Source of the DNA: an uncultured Veillonellaceae bacterium
GTDB taxonomy: Bacteria; Bacillota; Negativicutes; Selenomonadales; Selenomonadaceae
Reading direction: 5' to 3'
DNA: 64,000 nucleotides
Assembly: GCA_945949525.1 (NCBI GenBank)
Contig: CAMFES010000002.1
Coordinates: forward strand, 12,988 to 76,987
Part shown: positions 1-9,941 of the stretch, piece after piece
Layout: the number at the start of each line of letters is the position of its first letter
Position numbering within the stretch: position 1 is the stretch's first letter
The notes under the pieces: model-generated
What the model saw: only the letters and a program-made list of their open reading frames with translations
What the model was told of the DNA's origin: nothing
The model's database searches: none
Program-made: the position numbers and the translations under genes

Positions 1-808
1 CCTCTCTGTCCACATCCTTGCCGGAAGCTCCCGGACGCACCAGGCTCAGGCCGAGCTGCTGCGCCTTCAGCACAGTGTCGTATACCAGACGCTGTTTTTC
101 ATCAGCGGCACCGACACAGATGGTACGCGTCATATCAGAATGATATCCCTTATAAACGGCACCGTAGTCCATTGTAACAAATTCTCCCACATTTATCAAC
201 TTTTCTGTTGCAGTTCCGTGAGGAAGGCTGCCTCTTTTTCCTGAAGCGACAATCGTGGCAAAGGAAGGTCGCTGGGAGCCTCTCTGCCGCATGAAATTTT
301 CCAGGGCCGCCGCCACATCGTTCTCGGAAATCCCCGGCCTGATATACGTAAGGATGTAATTAAAGGCCTCGTCGCCAATCCTCATGGCACGCCCTATGCA
401 ATCCAGCTCCTCTGCCGACTTTATCTGGCGCAGGCTATCAAGGCTGACTGAATGGGAAAAATCCACATCCCGCAGATGCCCGGCAATCCTTTTGTGCCAA
501 TCGAAGCAAAGATTGCTCCCCTCAAAGCCCACTTTCGACAGGCCATCCTCATTGATGACTTCCGCCACCCGCTTCAAAAGGCCCTTTTCCTGCCTCTTCA
601 CCTGAAAATCAGGCGCTTCCTCCGCCGCCTGCTCCACATAGCGAAAATCCGTCACCAGCTGCGCCGTATTCATGCCGATTACCAGCATGGAGTCATCCCC
701 CGTAAAGCCGCTGAAGTATTGCAGGTTCTCCGGCTTGCTGACAACAACGCCGTCCAGCCCCTGCTCCCGCAGAAAATCTCTTAGATGAATCAATCTGTCC
801 TTGTACAT
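1..808 (-). CDS. Xaa-Pro aminopeptidase (M24 family), 3' end runs off the window
   Basis: Not in the ORF track. Manual translation from ATG 808 gives MYKDRLIHLRDFL...YFSGFTG...TDFRY...SFATIVASGKRGSLPHG...MDYGAVYKGYHSDMTRT, which are M24 motifs; it follows aroQ as in many Bacillota. Confidence 0.92.
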   Translation of the reverse strand, partial: MYKDRLIHLRDFLREQGLDGVVVSKPENLQYFSGFTGDDSMLVIGMNTAQLVTDFRYVEQAAEEAPDFQVKRQEKGLLKRVAEVINEDGLSKVGFEGSNLCFDWHKRIAGHLRDVDFSHSVSLDSLRQIKSAEELDCIGRAMRIGDEAFNYILTYIRPGISENDVAAALENFMRQRGSQRPSFATIVASGKRGSLPHGTATEKLINVGEFVTMDYGAVYKGYHSDMTRTICVGAADEKQRLVYDTVLKAQQLGLSLVRPGASGKDVDRE

Positions 809-846
809 AAAAATACGCCTCTTGAAAAAAATATTTGTCACACCGG

Positions 847-1290
847 TCAGGCCCGGCCCAGCTTCCTGATGGCCGTGTACATGGCGGCGGCATAGCTGTC
901 AACGCCAAAGCCCAGAATCTGTCCCATAACCACCGGAGCTATAACGGATTTATGACGGAACTCCTCACGGGTATGCACATTGGAAATATGCACCTCGATA
1001 ACCGGCACAGCCACGGAGGCAATGGCATCCCGCAGGGCAATACTGTAATGGGTAAATGCACCGGCGTTGAGGATGATAAAATCCACGCCATTTCCCGGCG
1101 CCTGCTGGATTTTATCAATCAGCGCCCCCTCGTAGTTGGACTGAAAAAACTCCGCTTCCATCCCTGCTTCAGCCGCCTGTGCCGCCAGCATGTCATTGAT
1201 GTCCGCCAGCGTGGTGCTACCGTATATTTCCGGCTCCCTGGTTCCCAGCATATTGAGATTCGGGCCGTGCATAACAAGAATCCTGCTCAT
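847..1290 (-). CDS. aroQ: type II 3-dehydroquinate dehydratase
   Basis: [26 protein letters not shown] and [15 protein letters not shown] signatures. Confidence 0.97.
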   Translation of the reverse strand: MSRILVMHGPNLNMLGTREPEIYGSTTLADINDMLAAQAAEAGMEAEFFQSNYEGALIDKIQQAPGNGVDFIILNAGAFTHYSIALRDAIASVAVPVIEVHISNVHTREEFRHKSVIAPVVMGQILGFGVDSYAAAMYTAIRKLGRA

Positions 1291-1293
1291 GTT

Positions 1294-1410
1294 CTACTGC
1301 TCCTTATACCAAATTGAAAATCTTTCATCAGCCTGCTCATCATCATACTCATCCCGGTCACACCCCCGGCTCTGCGCCGTGGCCTCCCCGGCAAAAGCCC
1401 CTGCTCTCAT
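1294..1410 (-). CDS. putative 38-aa acidic small protein
   Basis: ATG overlaps the U32 gene stop (TGATG) and the TAG lies 3 nt before the aroQ start; MRAGAFAGEATAQSRGCDRDEYDDEQADERFSIWYKEQ. Confidence 0.35.
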   Translation of the reverse strand: MRAGAFAGEATAQSRGCDRDEYDDEQADERFSIWYKEQ

Positions 1411-2627
1411 CAGATATCCCTGCGCAAAATAGCATAAGGCTCTACAGGCTGCTTCATGGGGATTTTTACCAGCTGCTGAGGATGGGGAGCAACATCGATG
1501 GCCTCCCCCTCCTCGTTGTACATTTCAGACAGCACCTGACGATATCCCGCCAGCTTCGGCTGGAATATCTCCAGCTCCTGCCCCAGCTTCATGTTGTTGC
1601 GCTGCTCCACCAGTGCCATGCCGCTCTCCGGGTCATAGTCCAGCACCAGTCCCACAAAATCCGAGGTCTGGATATAGCTTGAAGTGCCATAAATCTGGTC
1701 CTTCTCCGTAGGACGCCCATAATAAAAGCCGGTGGTATATGACCGGTGGGAAACCTTGTCCAGCTCCTCCAGCCATTCCTCTTTCACAGCAAAAGCCTCC
1801 GGATTTTCAAAATAGCTGTCAATGGCCTCCCGATAGGCCTTGACCACGCTGGCGGCATAATGCACGCTCTTCATGCGCCCCTCAATCTTCAGGCTGTCCA
1901 CGCCGCTGGCCAGCACGTCCGGCAGGTATGGCAGCAGGCACATATCCTTTGAATTGAAAATATATGTCCCCCGCTCATCCTCCAGCACAGGAAAATACTG
2001 CCCCGGCCTTTTTTCCTCCATCAAGGCGTAGTTCCAGCGGCATGGCTGGGCACAGCTGCCCCGGTTGGCATCCCGCCCCGTCAGATAGTTGCTCATCAGG
2101 CAGCGCCCGGAATAGGAAATGCACATGGCCCCATGGACGAACATCTCCAGCTCCACAGGACACTTCTCCCGTATTTCATGAATTTCGCGCAGGGACATCT
2201 CCCTGGCCAGCACCACCCGGCTGGCTCCCAGCTCCGCCCATGCATTGACCGTGGCCCAGTTCGTGGTGTTTGCCTGGGTGCTGATATGCAGCTCCACCTC
2301 CGGCGCATACTTCTTTGCCAGGGTAAAGACGCCCAGATCCGCCACCAGAATGCCGTCCACGCCTATTCCGTTCAGGAACTGCAGATAGTCAGGCAGCGCC
2401 TCTATGTCGCTGTTATGGGGAAAGATATTTACCGTCACGTAGACCTTTTTCTCAAGCCCGTGGGCAAAATCAACAGCCTCCGCCAGCTCCTCACGGGAAA
2501 AATTCCCACCAAAGGCCCGCAGGCCAAAGGCCTTGCCTCCGAGATACACGGCATCGGCACCGTACAAGAGGGCCATCTTCAGCTTTTCCATATTTCCCGC
2601 CGGAGCCAAAAGCTCTGGTTTCTTCAT
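1410..2627 (-). CDS. peptidase U32 family protein (TrhP/YrrO-like tRNA hydroxylation protein)
   Basis: KKPELLAPAG start, HGAMCISYSGRCLMS, NRGSCAQPCRW, SLKIEGRMKS; synteny with mltG and yrrM. Confidence 0.93.
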   Translation of the reverse strand: MKKPELLAPAGNMEKLKMALLYGADAVYLGGKAFGLRAFGGNFSREELAEAVDFAHGLEKKVYVTVNIFPHNSDIEALPDYLQFLNGIGVDGILVADLGVFTLAKKYAPEVELHISTQANTTNWATVNAWAELGASRVVLAREMSLREIHEIREKCPVELEMFVHGAMCISYSGRCLMSNYLTGRDANRGSCAQPCRWNYALMEEKRPGQYFPVLEDERGTYIFNSKDMCLLPYLPDVLASGVDSLKIEGRMKSVHYAASVVKAYREAIDSYFENPEAFAVKEEWLEELDKVSHRSYTTGFYYGRPTEKDQIYGTSSYIQTSDFVGLVLDYDPESGMALVEQRNNMKLGQELEIFQPKLAGYRQVLSEMYNEEGEAIDVAPHPQQLVKIPMKQPVEPYAILRRDI

Positions 2628-3272
2628 CTATTTATACCTCCAACTTACCGCCAGACCGTCACCATCTGCATGGATTTCCGTTCTGAACTCCGTATTATCC
2701 GTCACCAGCCCGATATATTCCCGCAGGCGCTTCACAATGGTCCTAAAACGCCGCGGCACCGGCACAGCTCCCTGCACATAGCCGCGAAACAGCACATTGT
2801 CGGCAATCACTACTGCATCATCAGCCAGCAGCGGATACACCTTGCGAAAATAATCAGGATACTGCCCCTTGGCCGCATCAATAAAGACCAGATCAAATTT
2901 GCCGGACTGCTTCTGTATATTCTCCCCGGCATCTCCGGTCACGATGGAAATCCGGTCTGCAAACCTGCTCCTTTTAATAAACCCGGTGGCCTCCGCCGCC
3001 CGTTCCTGGCTCAGCTCCAGCGTAACTATCTCCACCTCTTCCGCCCCATTGGCCGCAATATAAAGAGTGGAATAACCGATGGCCGTGCCTATTTCCAGTA
3101 CCCGCCGCGGCCTTTTGGCCGCAACGGTTTCCGTCAGAACCCGCAAGCCGTTAATATTGATTATCGGCACATGGCTTGCTTCGCCGTATGCCTTCATTTC
3201 CGCCAGCAGAGCGCATAAATCCTCGTCCTGTCCCTGCTGTGCCTGCTTTTGAAGCTTATCCTGTATGTCCAT
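2628..3272 (-). CDS. O-methyltransferase (YrrM/TrmR-like)
   Basis: VLEIGTAIGYS SAM motif, FDLVFIDAAKGQY, ADNVLFRG. Confidence 0.9.
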   Translation of the reverse strand: MDIQDKLQKQAQQGQDEDLCALLAEMKAYGEASHVPIININGLRVLTETVAAKRPRRVLEIGTAIGYSTLYIAANGAEEVEIVTLELSQERAAEATGFIKRSRFADRISIVTGDAGENIQKQSGKFDLVFIDAAKGQYPDYFRKVYPLLADDAVVIADNVLFRGYVQGAVPVPRRFRTIVKRLREYIGLVTDNTEFRTEIHADGDGLAVSWRYK

Positions 3273-4385
3273 TTATCTTACCTGCTCCACCAATCCCAAA
3301 TGCTCGTCATAGGTATACCCATAATGGTTATGCCCGTCACGATCAGCCACAAAGTACAGATAGTCCGTATCGGCAGGCTTCAGCACCGCCTCAACGGATG
3401 CCATGCCTGGACTGGCTATAGGCCCCGGCGGCAAACCATAATGGAGATAGGTGTTATAGGGCGACACCACCTTCGTGTCCTCGATGGACAGATCCTCCTT
3501 TACCTCCTCACGCAGATACTGAAGGGTGGTATCCGTCTGCAGAGGCATGTTTATCGCAAGGCGCTTGAAAAATACCTGGGCAATAACAGGCCTGTCCTCC
3601 GGATACCTTGCTTCCTTTTCCACCAGGGAGGCCAGCGTAACCAGCTCATAGATAGAAAGCTGCCGTTCCTCCGCCTGGCGGCGCATATCCTGTGTCAGCC
3701 TGCTGTCAAATTCATCCGCCATTCTCTTCATGATATCCCGCGGCGTCACATCGTTGGCAAAATCATAGGTATCTGGAAACAAAAATCCCTCAATGCGATA
3801 GTCCGCCTCCGGCACGGCCTCTATATAGTCATAAGGCGCAAAGCTCCTGGCCTCCGCCAGAAATTCCTGCTCGTCCACCAGTCCCTGCTCAGCAAACAGC
3901 TTCGCCACCTGGCGCACATTCAGCCCCTCCGGCACCGTCACCCGCACGGCCACAGAATGTCCATTAATCAGCACGTTGAGGGCATCCCCTGTCCTCATAT
4001 TGCGCTGCAGCTCAAACACCCCTGCCTGAAACCTGCTGTCAGCATTATTCAGCTTCACCGCCAGCCAGAATTTTGCCTGGGAATCTATCACGCCCTGCTC
4101 CTCCAGAAGCTGCCCAATCTGGGAGGAACTCATGCCAGGTCTTATCCTCACGTATACGGCATCATCACCCTCCACACTGGTGACATCCGAAAAGGCGCAG
4201 CTCATGCCTATTAGCGCTACGCTGACAACGGCAACTATGAGGGCGCCCAGCCCTGACGCAATATATACATTGCGCCTCGCCCTTCTTTTTGCATCATCGC
4301 CATCACTATTGCGGTACAGAAACCATTCTTCCAGCCTTCTGCTCACCTTATCCGCCAGCTTTTCCTTTAACTCACTAAAATTCAT
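3273..4385 (-). CDS. mltG: endolytic transglycosylase MltG
   Basis: N-terminal TM helix, EGFLFPDTY, LASLVEKEA, SPYNTY..GLPPGPIASPG; start moved to ATG 4385. Confidence 0.95.
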   Translation of the reverse strand: MNFSELKEKLADKVSRRLEEWFLYRNSDGDDAKRRARRNVYIASGLGALIVAVVSVALIGMSCAFSDVTSVEGDDAVYVRIRPGMSSSQIGQLLEEQGVIDSQAKFWLAVKLNNADSRFQAGVFELQRNMRTGDALNVLINGHSVAVRVTVPEGLNVRQVAKLFAEQGLVDEQEFLAEARSFAPYDYIEAVPEADYRIEGFLFPDTYDFANDVTPRDIMKRMADEFDSRLTQDMRRQAEERQLSIYELVTLASLVEKEARYPEDRPVIAQVFFKRLAINMPLQTDTTLQYLREEVKEDLSIEDTKVVSPYNTYLHYGLPPGPIASPGMASVEAVLKPADTDYLYFVADRDGHNHYGYTYDEHLGLVEQVR

Positions 4386-4414
4386 AATCCACCCCACAAA
4401 ACTTAACTGCTCCT

Positions 4415-4444
4415 ATTGTACCACCATCAAGAACACTTTGTGAA
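4415..4444 (-). promoter_or_regulatory. sigma70/sigmaA-type promoter for the mltG operon
   Basis: TTCACA-N18-TACAAT with a TG extension on the minus strand. Confidence 0.5.
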
Positions 4445-4501
4445 GTTTTTTCCAGTGCCATGACCATTCTTTTCTCCTTGCAGATGCATTTTCAGCTGCC
4501 T

Positions 4502-5230
4502 TCATCGGTCATCACCCCCGTCACAGGACCCTCCCCGCAGCCATTTCTCCGCCAGCTGCCAGTCAGGATAAAACCTTGCCACCAAAGCGTGAAACTCAGG
4601 TGTATGATTTTTTTCCAGCAGATGCACCAGCTCGTGAATAAGCACGTATTGCAGGCACTGAGGCGGTTTCTTCGCCAGGTTCAGGCTGAGCCATATACGC
4701 CGCTCCCTGATGTTGCAGGAGCCCCAGCGCGTCTGCATCCGCTTCAGCCTGACCTCCTTCGCCTTCAGCCCCGTAATCCTTTCGCACAGGGGAATAACAT
4801 GGGGCAACGCCCTGCTTAGCTCCCTCCGGTACAAATCATAAAGGCACGCCTCAATCTGCTCCCTGCCGCTTCCCGGCGGCACCGCCACCAGCACATGCCC
4901 CTCAGTACACCTGGCCAGGGATGCCTGCTCCGTAAAGACCACCTTCAACCCGTAGCTTTTTCCCCACAGGCAGCATTTGCCACCGACAGGGGAAATATTC
5001 TCACCGGATTCCTGTAAAAACCTTTCTCTGGCCGTCATCAGCTGCGCCCAGGCCTCACGCAGCACACTCTGCCACTCATAATTCCCCACCCCAAAGGGAC
5101 AGCTGAGTACAATATCTCCACGGGGCGGCACGACCCTGACCCGTATATTTTTCATGCGGGGCCTGCGGACGACCTGCACCGGCACTCCCTCAAAAATATA
5201 ATCCTTCCTCGAAATCACCAGTCTGTTCAC
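4502..5230 (-). CDS. YgjP/DUF45 (M48-like) metal-dependent hydrolase
   Basis: MQTRWGSC and YVLIHELVHL (HExxH), NHTPEF. Confidence 0.88.
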   Translation of the reverse strand: MNRLVISRKDYIFEGVPVQVVRRPRMKNIRVRVVPPRGDIVLSCPFGVGNYEWQSVLREAWAQLMTARERFLQESGENISPVGGKCCLWGKSYGLKVVFTEQASLARCTEGHVLVAVPPGSGREQIEACLYDLYRRELSRALPHVIPLCERITGLKAKEVRLKRMQTRWGSCNIRERRIWLSLNLAKKPPQCLQYVLIHELVHLLEKNHTPEFHALVARFYPDWQLAEKWLRGGSCDGGDDR

Positions 5231-5314
5231 CGCCCCTTAGATTAAACTCTTACATAAAAAATTATAGCACACTTTTCCCCGCTACCTGCAAATTTCCACC
5301 AGATAAATCGCCGC

Positions 5315-5349
5315 AAAAAATGCGGCGGCTGCATATCACAGCCACCGCA
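5315..5349 (-). terminator. intrinsic terminator of ldh
   Basis: TGCGGTGGCTG/CAGCCGCCGCA hairpin followed by T6 on the minus strand. Confidence 0.75.
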
Positions 5350-5384
5350 GTGCCCAACAGATAAATTAATTAACTTACCACAGC

Positions 5385-6338
5385 TTACAGGTCCAGCCCT
5401 GCCGCAATCTCCTTCAGCATCCTGGCAGACTCCTGCAGCTTTGCAGTTTCAGCTTCGTTCAGGGAAATAGGAATCAGAGTTTCCACGCCATTTGCCCCCA
5501 CTACAGCCGGCATGCTCAGGGAGATATCCTCTATGCCGTAGCTGCCGTGCATCATGGAGGACACAGGCAGAATGGACTTCTCATCCCGCACGATACATTC
5601 GCAAATCCTCTTGACTGCCATAGCTACGCCGTAGTAGGTAGCATGCTTCTTGGCAATAATCTCATAGGCACTGTTCTTTACCTTTTCGGCAATCTCTTCC
5701 ATGGCCTTTTCGTGATTAAAATGTCCGCGCATCTCACAGAAGGTATTCAGCGGCACGCCGGATACATTGGCGCTGCTCCAGGCAGCAATCTCGCTGTCGC
5801 CATGCTCACCGATAATAAAGGAATGAACATTGCGGCTGTCTACCTCCAGATGCTCGCTGAGGGCGTACTTCAGGCGGGCCGTATCCAGCACCGTACCTGA
5901 GCCTATAACGCGATTCTCCGGCAGGCCGCTGAGCTTGACAGCCGTATAGGTCAGGATATCTACAGGATTGGCCACAATCAGCAGAATCCCCTTAAAATTT
6001 CTCTTGGCAATCTCCGGAATGATGCTCTTGAAAATGCACACATTCTTGTTTACCAGGTCAAGGCGTGTTTCATTGGGCTTCTGGTTGGCACCGGCAGTCA
6101 CCACAATCACAGCTGCATCAGCGATATCATCGTAGCCGCCTGCATAAATCTTCATCTGACCGGCAAAGGAAATGCCGTGGGCAATATCCATAGCCTCGCC
6201 CTCTGCCTTCTCCGTATTGGCATCCAGCAGCACCATCTCCGAAAACAGCTTGCTCTGCATCAGGGTAAAAGCAGCCGCTGAACCTACAAAGCCACACCCG
6301 ACAACAGCCACCTTTCTGGCATTAACGTTCTGACTCAT
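5385..6338 (-). CDS. ldh: L-lactate dehydrogenase
   Basis: VGCGFVG, TAGANQKPNETRLDL, NPVDILT, SGTVLDTARL, GEHGDS, KHATYYG. Confidence 0.97.
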   Translation of the reverse strand: MSQNVNARKVAVVGCGFVGSAAAFTLMQSKLFSEMVLLDANTEKAEGEAMDIAHGISFAGQMKIYAGGYDDIADAAVIVVTAGANQKPNETRLDLVNKNVCIFKSIIPEIAKRNFKGILLIVANPVDILTYTAVKLSGLPENRVIGSGTVLDTARLKYALSEHLEVDSRNVHSFIIGEHGDSEIAAWSSANVSGVPLNTFCEMRGHFNHEKAMEEIAEKVKNSAYEIIAKKHATYYGVAMAVKRICECIVRDEKSILPVSSMMHGSYGIEDISLSMPAVVGANGVETLIPISLNEAETAKLQESARMLKEIAAGLDL

Positions 6339-6440
6339 CTTATAGCCTCCAATCTAAAAATAGGGATTGGCATCCCTCAAAAAAACTAACACCTATATCT
6401 ATTGTAGCGGTTTAGCTTGTTAAATTCAAATTTTATTTTT

Positions 6441-6616
6441 CGTAAATTGCAAGTCGAAATTGAACATTTTTCTAAACGTGAAGGCTCAATTGTGTTAGAA
6501 TGGGATTGATCCATAGTGATTGCTCCTTTATTGATGATTTCTAGCAAAACCATTCTAACACACCTACATAATAAAACACGCGTGAACCATCATCAGTTCA
6601 CGCGCCTGCAAGCCTC
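6441..6616 (-). mobile_element. probable internally deleted IS30-family remnant (MITE-like)
   Basis: AAGGAG + ATG 6514 reading MDQSHSNT, held in a 13-bp inverted repeat TGTGTTAGAATGG/CCATTCTAACACA (6491-6503, 6550-6562). The end sequence GTTCAATTTCGACTTGCAATTTACG reads VQFRLAI, like IS30 transposase C-termini overlapping the right IR. The left boundary is uncertain. Confidence 0.5.
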
Positions 6617-6647
6617 AACATATTTCCCCACAACAACTATTCCTTAG

Positions 6648-7013
6648 CTATTCCTTTTTCTCCACCTGCTTTGCCAGCGTAACTGACTGCTGCAAAAGCC
6701 ACCGCAGCACCTGAATATTGCTGCCATCCTCCGCAGCATTACCATCGCCACTTTGCGCATCAGGCAGTCTTTTCAGCGATGCCTCCAACAGCTCAGGCAG
6801 GGTATCATCAAATTTTCCCAGCAGATAGTCAAGGCTGACGCCATAAAAGTCAGCAAAATCCATCAGGGCTCCCAGCTCCGGCATTCTCTTGCCATGCTCA
6901 ATCTGGGAAATTGCCGCCGCAGTATAAGCCCTTCCATATCTTTCATTATATAGTTGCCTGAATGTTTCCTGGCTTAGCCCCTGCCGAAGCCGCAACTCCC
7001 TAAAACGTGTCAT
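6648..7013 (-). CDS. XRE-family helix-turn-helix regulator
   Basis: RFRELRLRQGLSQ...AISQIEHGKRMP...ADFYGVSLDYLLG; GGAGG RBS before ATG 7013. Confidence 0.9.
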   Translation of the reverse strand: MTRFRELRLRQGLSQETFRQLYNERYGRAYTAAAISQIEHGKRMPELGALMDFADFYGVSLDYLLGKFDDTLPELLEASLKRLPDAQSGDGNAAEDGSNIQVLRWLLQQSVTLAKQVEKKE

Positions 7014-7073
7014 ATTACACCTCCAACTTCCTTCTGCAAAAGCACTATAATACCTCCCATGCAAACTATCAGA

Positions 7074-8288
7074 TTAAAATGATAATACTTGTAGCAGTTT
7101 TCCAGTTAAATTTTTAAAACTATAACACTCTGCTGCCAATCTAGCAGCTCTGCAGTACTTTGTCCTAGCTTCGCCAGAAAGCCTGGACAATTCTACAATC
7201 CTGCCCGCTATGCGTTCTGCATCGGACACCGCCACGTCTACGCCTGCTCCATGCATAACTGCCGGATTATACGCACACGGAAAAGTAGATAGAATTGGCT
7301 TTCCAGCAGCCATATAATCAAAAATTTTATTAAAACTGATACCAAATCTAAATAAATTTGTAGGCGTATTATGAGCGATATTTACATCAGCCATACTGGT
7401 TATATAAGGAATAAATTTCTTGTCCACCCGTCCCTTGAAAATAACATTCTCAATATGCTCGTCAGCCACCCGCTTTTGCAAAAAATCACGTTCATCACCA
7501 TCGCCCCAAATTAAGAACAAATAATTATCAGATAGCAGTTTTGCCACATCCAGCAGCAACCCCAAGTTATTTACCCGCCTGACAGAACCCGTATAGACCA
7601 GCTTAAACTTATCACAGTGCAAATCCTCATCCTGAATTTGAAAATGCTCCTTGTTATAATCAAATACTTGCAGGTCAACGCCATTATTGATAAAAAATAC
7701 CTTTTCTCGCGGCACGATACTTTCCCATTTTTGCTCCCGTATGTATTCATACGCACCTTCCATGGAAAATATAATCCTGTCCGCATGAGTATATATCCAT
7801 TTCTCCAGCTGCCGAAAAGCCAAAACTATGGGATTGTAACGTCCTGCCAAACCATACGCCACCAATGTTTCCGGCCATAAATCAGTAATCTGGGCTACTA
7901 CTCTCACTCCCATTTCCCTGCCCAGCCTGATACCCTCGGCACAGGCAAACAATGTCATGGATGTAGAAACAATAACATCCGGCTTGGCAAACTGCTGACA
8001 CACCTTTGGAAGCTTGCAGGCAAATTCTGCCATATTCATCATGCGGCTCATTCCATTCCCGCTGTACCCTTTGCACCTTATCAGCACATAATTCACATCA
8101 TCATCCACTACGCAGGAATACAGCTTATCCTCTGACAACAAATTCACATCTGAATTATGCACCGTGCTAGCTGCAAATATTTTTACGCTATGTCCCATCT
8201 GCATCAGGTATCTGGCAAAATTTGTCTGCCTGGCTAACGGATAATACTTTATCGGCACAGAATAATGATCTATAATCCAAATGTCCAC
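7074..8288 (-). CDS. glycosyltransferase family 4 (WbuB-like)
   Basis: DLWPETL, INNGVD, YTGS, NKIFDYMAAGKPIL; GTG start after GAGAGG. Confidence 0.9.
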   Translation of the reverse strand: MDIWIIDHYSVPIKYYPLARQTNFARYLMQMGHSVKIFAASTVHNSDVNLLSEDKLYSCVVDDDVNYVLIRCKGYSGNGMSRMMNMAEFACKLPKVCQQFAKPDVIVSTSMTLFACAEGIRLGREMGVRVVAQITDLWPETLVAYGLAGRYNPIVLAFRQLEKWIYTHADRIIFSMEGAYEYIREQKWESIVPREKVFFINNGVDLQVFDYNKEHFQIQDEDLHCDKFKLVYTGSVRRVNNLGLLLDVAKLLSDNYLFLIWGDGDERDFLQKRVADEHIENVIFKGRVDKKFIPYITSMADVNIAHNTPTNLFRFGISFNKIFDYMAAGKPILSTFPCAYNPAVMHGAGVDVAVSDAERIAGRIVELSRLSGEARTKYCRAARLAAECYSFKNLTGKLLQVLSF

Positions 8289-8313
8289 AGCCTTACCTCT
8301 TTCTGGCAACCTA

Positions 8314-9240
8314 TCAATATATGCCTGTCAACCACTGCATATATTTGGCATTACATCCAGTAGCAATCTCTAAATATGCTTTGTGCAAGCTGTCAGTTAT
8401 CTTGCCACATGTACCATTACCGATAACATATCTGTCTACAGACAACACTGGTGTCAGCTCCATAGCAGAGCCGCATAAAAATGCCTCATCACAGGTATAC
8501 AGCTCCGTCCTGTCCACAGTTCTTTCCTCAATACCCAAACCCAAATCGCCAGCAATCTGCAAAACAGTAGCACGTGTTATGCTCTCCAACACGCTGTCTG
8601 TTGTTCTCGGTGTTACCACACATCCATTTTTCACCATGAAAAAACATGAACCCGGCCCCTCTGCCAGCTTGCCATGCGCATTCATAAAAAGGCAGGTATC
8701 ATAACCGTTTCGCACAGCTTCCCTCTGACCTACGCGGCTATTCATATAATTCGCGCCGCACTTAATTCTCGGCGAAAGGTTTTCATCACTAATTCTCCGC
8801 CAGGAAGTAACACAGCAATGCAAGCCCTTTTTATTGTATTCCGCACTGGTTCTCCCCCTGGGAATGGGAGCTACAAACATATCCACCGGTGACTCTGATC
8901 CCCAGGAGCCAAAGCCATCCACAAACAAAGTCTGCCTTACTGACAAATTCTCATCATACTCATTTGCTCTGATAACATCTATAAATGCCTTTTTCATATC
9001 ATCTGCGCTATACTGGCAATCCAGCTGCAGTAATCTGGCAGAACGCAGCAGCCTCCCATAATGGTCATCAAGGCGAAACGCATATAATTGCTTTTGTTCA
9101 TCATTCCAATAACAAGGAATACCTTCAAACACATTCAGTCCAAACTGGCTGGTAGGGGCCAGAACATTAATTTTAGCATCATTAACATCCACAATTTCCC
9201 CTTTAAACCATATCCGCCTGTTCTCTACAGAATATTTCAT
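8314..9240 (-). CDS. class IV PLP aminotransferase (branched-chain/D-amino-acid type)
   Basis: FEGI, FRLDDHYGRL, RIKCGANY (PLP Lys), EGPGSCFF, LESITR. Confidence 0.9.
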   Translation of the reverse strand: MKYSVENRRIWFKGEIVDVNDAKINVLAPTSQFGLNVFEGIPCYWNDEQKQLYAFRLDDHYGRLLRSARLLQLDCQYSADDMKKAFIDVIRANEYDENLSVRQTLFVDGFGSWGSESPVDMFVAPIPRGRTSAEYNKKGLHCCVTSWRRISDENLSPRIKCGANYMNSRVGQREAVRNGYDTCLFMNAHGKLAEGPGSCFFMVKNGCVVTPRTTDSVLESITRATVLQIAGDLGLGIEERTVDRTELYTCDEAFLCGSAMELTPVLSVDRYVIGNGTCGKITDSLHKAYLEIATGCNAKYMQWLTGIY

Positions 9241-9251
9241 AACCCAACCTC

Positions 9252-9926
9252 TCAATCCGGCAAATGCGCCAAGCGTATGATTTCTTCCTCGGCTTTCCTG
9301 GCCGCTTCTTCGTCACACAGGGAGTAGTCAGCCTTTTCCTCATAGATATGCTCTTTTTTGAAAACAGTCAAAAAAGTTTCTCCTATGATTTTTAAATCTG
9401 CCAAAATCCCCAAACGCTGAAAATCATTAATATACTGATTATCAAATACTACTTTTTCATCCCATTGAATATCATTGCGGCCTTTCACCTGTGCCAGCCC
9501 TGTCAAACCTGCCTTCATCTCAAAACGCTTTTTATATTTTTTATTCAGCGTATCAAAATCACCCAATTCATAGGTAACACACGGCCTCGGCCCTACCACC
9601 GACATATCACCCAGCAGAATATTAATCAGCTGTGGAAGCTCATCAAGGCTGCTGTCGCGCAAAAACCGCCCGACCTTTGTAACCCTGGGATCATCCTGAT
9701 AGTTAAACAGCCCGGCCCCCATTTTTTCCGCATTCACTATCATAGAACGAAATTTCAGCATCATAAACACCCGTCCATGCTGTGTACGACGCCCCTGCCG
9801 AAAAAACACCGGCCCTGCACTGTCCAGCTTTATGCAAATTGCAATCAAGGCAAAAACTGGCAGCAGCACCAGCAAGGCACTCCCGGAGATAAAAATATCT
9901 ACCATTCTTTTTAATGCTTTATTCAT
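9252..9926 (-). CDS. initiating phosphoglycosyltransferase (bacterial sugar transferase, PglC-like)
   Basis: [57 protein letters not shown]. Confidence 0.95.
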   Translation of the reverse strand: MNKALKRMVDIFISGSALLVLLPVFALIAICIKLDSAGPVFFRQGRRTQHGRVFMMLKFRSMIVNAEKMGAGLFNYQDDPRVTKVGRFLRDSSLDELPQLINILLGDMSVVGPRPCVTYELGDFDTLNKKYKKRFEMKAGLTGLAQVKGRNDIQWDEKVVFDNQYINDFQRLGILADLKIIGETFLTVFKKEHIYEEKADYSLCDEEAARKAEEEIIRLAHLPD

Positions 9927-9941
9927 CTGCCCAAATCCTTT

